This document shows, piece by piece, positions 59,602 to 64,000 of a DNA stretch of 64,000 bases (position 1 is its first letter; each line of letters starts with the position of its first letter). The notes beneath the pieces were generated by a model. The model was not told the origin of the DNA. It was given only the letters and a program-made list of their open reading frames with translations, and ran no database searches. This DNA is from Minutocellus sp. GHC0000111. Taxonomy: Eukaryota. The stretch is from NCBI GenBank assembly GCA_977018835.1, contig OZ361257.1:3658001-3722000 (forward strand), written 5' to 3'. The translations under genes and the position numbers were made by a program.

Positions 59602-61797
59602 CTAAGCATCCATCCCGCCAGTAGAAGTTGAAGGGAGACCAGCTGAGGCATCACCGCCACAGGAAGAATCGCCACTCGCTGCAGCTTCAACCATTTGAGA
59701 GAGCATTTCATACATGCGATCCTGGTTTGCACTTATTTCCAGATATGCCTTGTTCGTTGCCCTCATTTGGATCATAATCGTCGATTGAAGTAGAACAAGG
59801 ATAGCAACGAGAATGAGCAAGATGAGAAGGTACATTTCTGACTTGGCTGGTACCGAAGAGGCCGCGTCGGCTGACATTGCCGTTGACATCAGTGTGGATC
59901 GTCTCCTTTGTGCCTCGGATGTCAATTGAACTTCCACTGACTCCTCCTTCGCCATTTCTTTGGCCACATCTCCAACATTCCTCCCCTTCAAGGCATCAAT
60001 CAGCATCATTTTGTAGCCTGAGAACCAAGAGACAAATTCACCCTTGGTCGTGTTCGTGATTATACTTCTAAACATGGTTCTCTTGATGAATCTGATTTCA
60101 AAGCGGCCAGTGATGCTGACACCTCCATCCGGAGTCGGCTCGATCAATATTTGATCGTCGACGTGAAAGCAATCTGTCATTGGCACATCCTTGACTTCGG
60201 TACGAGTCTCGATGCACATACCGTGTTCACCCCACCGGCGGAATGTTTGCGTCTTGCTCGCTGCTGCCGATGGCGGTGCCATTGGTGCATTGACAGGGTG
60301 CACATACGACACAATACGACATAACGACATACCATCCTTCTCCGAAAGCTGCCACGGAGATACATCCAGTTCGCTATCACCGAGCTTGCGTTGATAGGAC
60401 CCATAAGAGTGCTGTTCGGAATCATTCGATAAAAACATATCAAAATACTCGTCCAACGTACAAGCCAGGCGGAACCCATCGATTACCGTCTCCTCGTAGG
60501 TTGGTGTCTTGGAATCACGATGTTTGATCCAATCTGCTCTCAACTCTTCGGAAGTTTTGTACGTGGCATCGCTCGCACCATACTTTTTGGCCGTCTTCCA
60601 TCCGGACTCTGATATTTTTCCTTTGCTGATTTCGTCCACCAAACTTCTCTTGCATTGCGTCTCGTCATCGGCCATGTTGGCAACAGCACATGCTGCAATA
60701 TAGTTCTCTTCGCTTGCGTCCTTTTCGCCAGCTGCATCACCCTCATCCTTGCTGGACGACTTGGGAACAGGCATCGATAGGCTGCGGCGGAACAACGCTT
60801 CGTTTGTACTGTTGCAATCGGACTGCTTGTCATTTCCCTTGCTATTATTTTCACCCTCGCCTTCTGCCGATTCTTCGCCCAGCTCCTTCAATTGGTCGCG
60901 ATTTAGCTTGTAAACGCTAACCCTGCCGTGTAAGTTGAGTAGCAGATTGAAGCAGGCATCCCGATCGGCTTGGAAGATAAAGTGAAAGGTCTTGCCACTT
61001 TCGTCCCTGATAATAATTCCGTTATCACCCATGTGAAGAATAGCGACCACTGTGGCCAGTGGAATGACTCTGCGCGCCTGCTCGAACCCAAAGATGGTAG
61101 AATGAAAGCACGCGGCTCGCGTCGCAAGGTAGAGCGTTCCATTCTTGCTCTCGTGTTTGCACAAATGCTTGGCCACGACCGTGCCAATGGCAGGGCCAAA
61201 AATTGGTGATATGTTACTGCTACCATCGGCATTCTTGTTGTTCTTTTCAGCGGCATCAGCTGCGGCCAGTGCAGCTTGGACGGTACTCAGACCGACGCTG
61301 GAGTTCGTTGGTGATGGACGCAAAGGAGAAGCGTCCTTAACAACTTCAGTTTCATGCCCGAGACCATTGGCATCGCTCGAGGAACGGACTGTTACTGCCA
61401 CCTTGGGCGCTGATGGACTTTCTGGAGAAATGGCTGTATCGCTGTGAGAGCGACCAGTAGCTGGAGGAGTGGAAGCAGCGACCGCGGCGGCAGTATCCGA
61501 CGCTGCCTTTTCTTCTAGAAACTTTTCTGCTCGAATCCTGGCCTCCTCCGCCGCCTCCTGCGAGGACTTGGTATCGATTTCATCTGGAGGGGAACTGTCA
61601 TCAGCAGGTGCGCCGTCGTTTGTCCTGTTGCCGTCGGCTTTGTTGTCAGGCGCCTCTTCGCCCCCGTCCGACGGCTGATCAGCACCAATATCACTTGTAG
61701 GGCCTGCTACTTCCTTAGCGGGGGGCAGCATGTCTCCGGTATCGGCCGCAGGAGCGATGCTGTCGGCCTCTTCATTACCTGGCGTTGGCGTCGTCAT
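59602..61797 (-). CDS. GRAM + VASt domain lipid-transfer protein (LAM/Aster/VAD1-like) with a C-terminal TM helix
   Basis: GTLYL....CFHS.IFG (GRAM); HPVNAPMAP, DVPMTDCFHV, F.KRTMFRSII (VASt); LLILLILVAILVLL. Confidence 0.85.
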   Translation of the reverse strand: MTTPTPGNEEADSIAPAADTGDMLPPAKEVAGPTSDIGADQPSDGGEEAPDNKADGNRTNDGAPADDSSPPDEIDTKSSQEAAEEARIRAEKFLEEKAASDTAAAVAASTPPATGRSHSDTAISPESPSAPKVAVTVRSSSDANGLGHETEVVKDASPLRPSPTNSSVGLSTVQAALAAADAAEKNNKNADGSSNISPIFGPAIGTVVAKHLCKHESKNGTLYLATRAACFHSTIFGFEQARRVIPLATVVAILHMGDNGIIIRDESGKTFHFIFQADRDACFNLLLNLHGRVSVYKLNRDQLKELGEESAEGEGENNSKGNDKQSDCNSTNEALFRRSLSMPVPKSSSKDEGDAAGEKDASEENYIAACAVANMADDETQCKRSLVDEISKGKISESGWKTAKKYGASDATYKTSEELRADWIKHRDSKTPTYEETVIDGFRLACTLDEYFDMFLSNDSEQHSYGSYQRKLGDSELDVSPWQLSEKDGMSLCRIVSYVHPVNAPMAPPSAAASKTQTFRRWGEHGMCIETRTEVKDVPMTDCFHVDDQILIEPTPDGGVSITGRFEIRFIKRTMFRSIITNTTKGEFVSWFSGYKMMLIDALKGRNVGDVAKEMAKEESVEVQLTSEAQRRRSTLMSTAMSADAASSVPAKSEMYLLILLILVAILVLLQSTIMIQMRATNKAYLEISANQDRMYEMLSQMVEAAASGDSSCGGDASAGLPSTSTGGMDA

Positions 61798-62071
61798 TGT
61801 TGCTCTGCTTTTGAGTTTGCTGGTCGTTTTTGCGTCCAACTTTCGACTTACTCGACTCACTCTCGACTGACAACCACCAGGCAGTAGGATTCATTCCTAC
61901 CGGTACCACCACCACGATCGATCGAAAATGATGTGGATCTACAAAGGTATCAGCGCGGCAGCGTGTGGGTTTCCTGCATTGTATGTTACATGAAATGCAG
62001 TACATGTAAAAAATGATTCCAGTTCAACTCGAACTTTCTACGTAGCTAGAGATATGTTTCTAGTAGATCTA

Positions 62072-63581
62072 CAGCTGTAGAGTGATTCCACGAGACCGCC
62101 GACAAAATCGCCGTAAATAGTAAGGCACTAGGAAATTTTTTTGTGCGATACTTTATGCAGCGCATAAATGAACCCACTAAATGGCCTCTCTCAACACGGC
62201 GAAAGCAAGGAGAATTCATCTCCACAAGAAGGCCACCAAATGATGGTATAACGATAAATAACTCCAAGCCAACCGATGTATACGCCAACTACATGCGTTA
62301 GGTGAGTATTGCATACTTGAAAGCAAACTCATTCGTACATCATGTGCTATTTTAGCAACATCTCCTCATGCCCAGAAATTTTCAATATTTTTTTACCCTC
62401 AAAATGGCAAAGAATTATGGCTGATGCTTGTCTACATCCATTTCAATCCTCCCTGACCGGCATTACTTTCACTTGGGTAATATTGGGAGCAAGTTTGCGC
62501 CAGAGGGTCGATATTGGGCCCCATCTTTGTATCATTGTGGCCGTCACCATGGAAAGCAAAAACATCTGAAAGTAGCAAATCCCCATTTACAACCCCCTTC
62601 AAGCCTCAACCACTGTTCCTTCACGCAATATCAGCACGCACGATGCTCATTCTATATTACATCCATCGATCTCACGTGTTGGTTTGGCCGCTTTCTCCGG
62701 TTTCGTTCCTCTCGGGCGGCAGAAGCAATGAAGGTGAAATCTGGTGCCGACATCAGACACGGGACTTTGGGAAATAGTTTTCTCTATGAATTGTCAAGAA
62801 ATGCCACCACCCCCCACTCAAATGCGCTTGGTATATATATGGGTGAAGCGTCGACGGCTCAGTGCAACGGAAGTGGTGCATGGACCGCATAAAAGCATCC
62901 GGACCAACTTTCGGATGGGTGGTGTAATGGGGGTGGTAATGGCGCTGGGCCACATTTCGCGGTACAGGCACGCACCGACGCACCGCTATCGCCCAAAAAT
63001 CCCTTCCAGTAATATTCAGGAAGGCATCTAGGTGGTCAGAGTGTATGCGATGGCCGGGGTGGTGCTGTACATCGGGCGAACATGGTCGTGATGGAACGTC
63101 GGAAACTGTCGAAAAAATCGGGTCTAACGCGAACGAATTTTTCAAGGCTCAAAAAAGTAATTGCAAGTCTCCTGCTGCACCACAGTGTTGTGAAAGGCTA
63201 TTACAAGGGTATGGTGCCCCGTAGTCTTGATTGTTCTCAATGGGAGGCACATCGGCGACACATGTTGTGGCCCCATTCGTTGAACGAAATGGGTTTTGTT
63301 TCGTTATAAAGTTTGATGTATTTTTTCTTTCTTGAAACAGCACAAGTGTATTCTACGACATAAAAATAAATTTTCAAACAATAGTGTACCAAAAGAAACA
63401 CTCTAATACCGTATCTATATCATGTGCTAAAAGAGCACCAAGATCATTGTACCAACTTCCTTTTATTGTTGATTATGGTCTACAATACCCTTCTGAGTAA
63501 GGATCATCAATAAAAGGAAGTTGGTACAATGTTTACGAAACATCGCGGAGGGGGTGTCTGCTCTCTCGTGAAATCACTCTG
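62072..63581. mobile_element. Putative non-autonomous hAT-like element (about 1.5 kb)
   Basis: AGAGTGATTCCACGAGA (62079-62095) is inverted as TCTCGTGAAATCACTCT (63564-63580), 16/17 match; CAG...CTG ends; near-TSD TAGATCTA/TAGATCTT; no credible ORF inside. Confidence 0.55.
63445..63531. repeat. 87-bp foldback with perfect 24-bp inverted arms
   Basis: CATTGTACCAACTTCCTTTTATTG (63445-63468) / CAATAAAAGGAAGTTGGTACAATG (63508-63531). Confidence 0.9.
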
Positions 63582-63652
63582 TAGATCTTCATATTATATA
63601 GGAATTCCTACATGTATGTGCAAATTGCTTCTCAAAAATGATCTCTTCTCTT

Positions 63653-64000
63653 CTAAACAAGAGCCTCCATGAAACTCGATTCCTTCTCAATCGATTGGAC
63701 CACAGAATTGGCGACATTGCCTTCCTCGTACGATACGACTGTTGGTACTGAGAACTCCCGCAGTGCCTCGGTAATGCTCATAACGCCCATGGCTGAGGAA
63801 CGACGACCAGAGAAGGGGAGTGAATCGGGTGATCGGCCGCAGGAGCCATTGATGTTGATCTTGCCAAAGACATTGGCGAAGCGATCGATAAGGTGACTAC
63901 TGCCATCTCCCTTTGCCGAAAAAATGCTCGCCTGCTGGCCATAAATGCCCTCCCTCGCGTACTCTAGTACAGTTTCCATCGAATCGTATTCTCCGATTGG
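63653..64000 (-). CDS. 3' end of an ALDH-family enzyme, non-phosphorylating GAPDH (GapN)-like
   Basis: YGQQASIF, KINING.C.RSPD..PFSGRRSSA.G.MS..EALR.FS. Confidence 0.8.
   Translation of the reverse strand, partial: PIGEYDSMETVLEYAREGIYGQQASIFSAKGDGSSHLIDRFANVFGKININGSCGRSPDSLPFSGRRSSAMGVMSITEALREFSVPTVVSYEEGNVANSVVQSIEKESSFMEALV

Noticed and set aside
62342..63343. Short ORFs as a transposase or gene
   Set aside because: No recognisable motifs in the listed ORFs or the frames I checked; they lie inside a probable non-autonomous element
1..64000. tRNA, rRNA, prophage or bacterial contamination
   Set aside because: No cloverleaf or rRNA signature recognised by eye; bacterial-like genes are interleaved with intron-containing eukaryotic genes

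Overview
Gene-dense eukaryotic nuclear DNA, very probably from a diatom. The evidence is short GT-AG introns, an ASAFAP-type bipartite plastid presequence, a diatom-type cyclin, helicase-associated (HA) domain and kinase families, and an RXL propeptide motif. About 27 protein-coding loci are recognisable. They include a SPIDR-like protein, a DUF1499 lumen protein, an isochorismatase + FluG/NodGS-type glutamine synthetase fusion, prenylcysteine oxidase, a HugZ-like protein, an M6 metalloprotease with EGF domains, an MFS transporter, a multi-KH protein, a Vibrio-type purC, RPN3, YchF, lipB, an XRCC4-like protein, PhyH, a homocysteine methyltransferase, a GRAM-VASt protein and GapN. The main highlights are: (1) two paralogous single-pass, trypanosome-like receptor adenylate cyclases that share the TM + cyclase module but carry unrelated ectodomains (FG-GAP propeller vs bacterial-type solute-binding protein); (2) an unusually long DD39D Tc1/mariner element whose transposase shows apparent Tyr->His/Cys conversion and TpA loss, suggesting a repeat-directed mutation process; (3) intergenic stacks of TA-flanked palindromes matching the ends of local transposons (possible excision footprints); (4) an inverted pair of RTE-LINE fragments, a MITE, a hAT-like element and a tiny TSD-flanked retro-insertion; (5) many lesions (in-frame stops, frameshifts, deletions) that could reflect either a decaying haplotype or assembly error. 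All family assignments come from motif recognition by eye; no searches were run.
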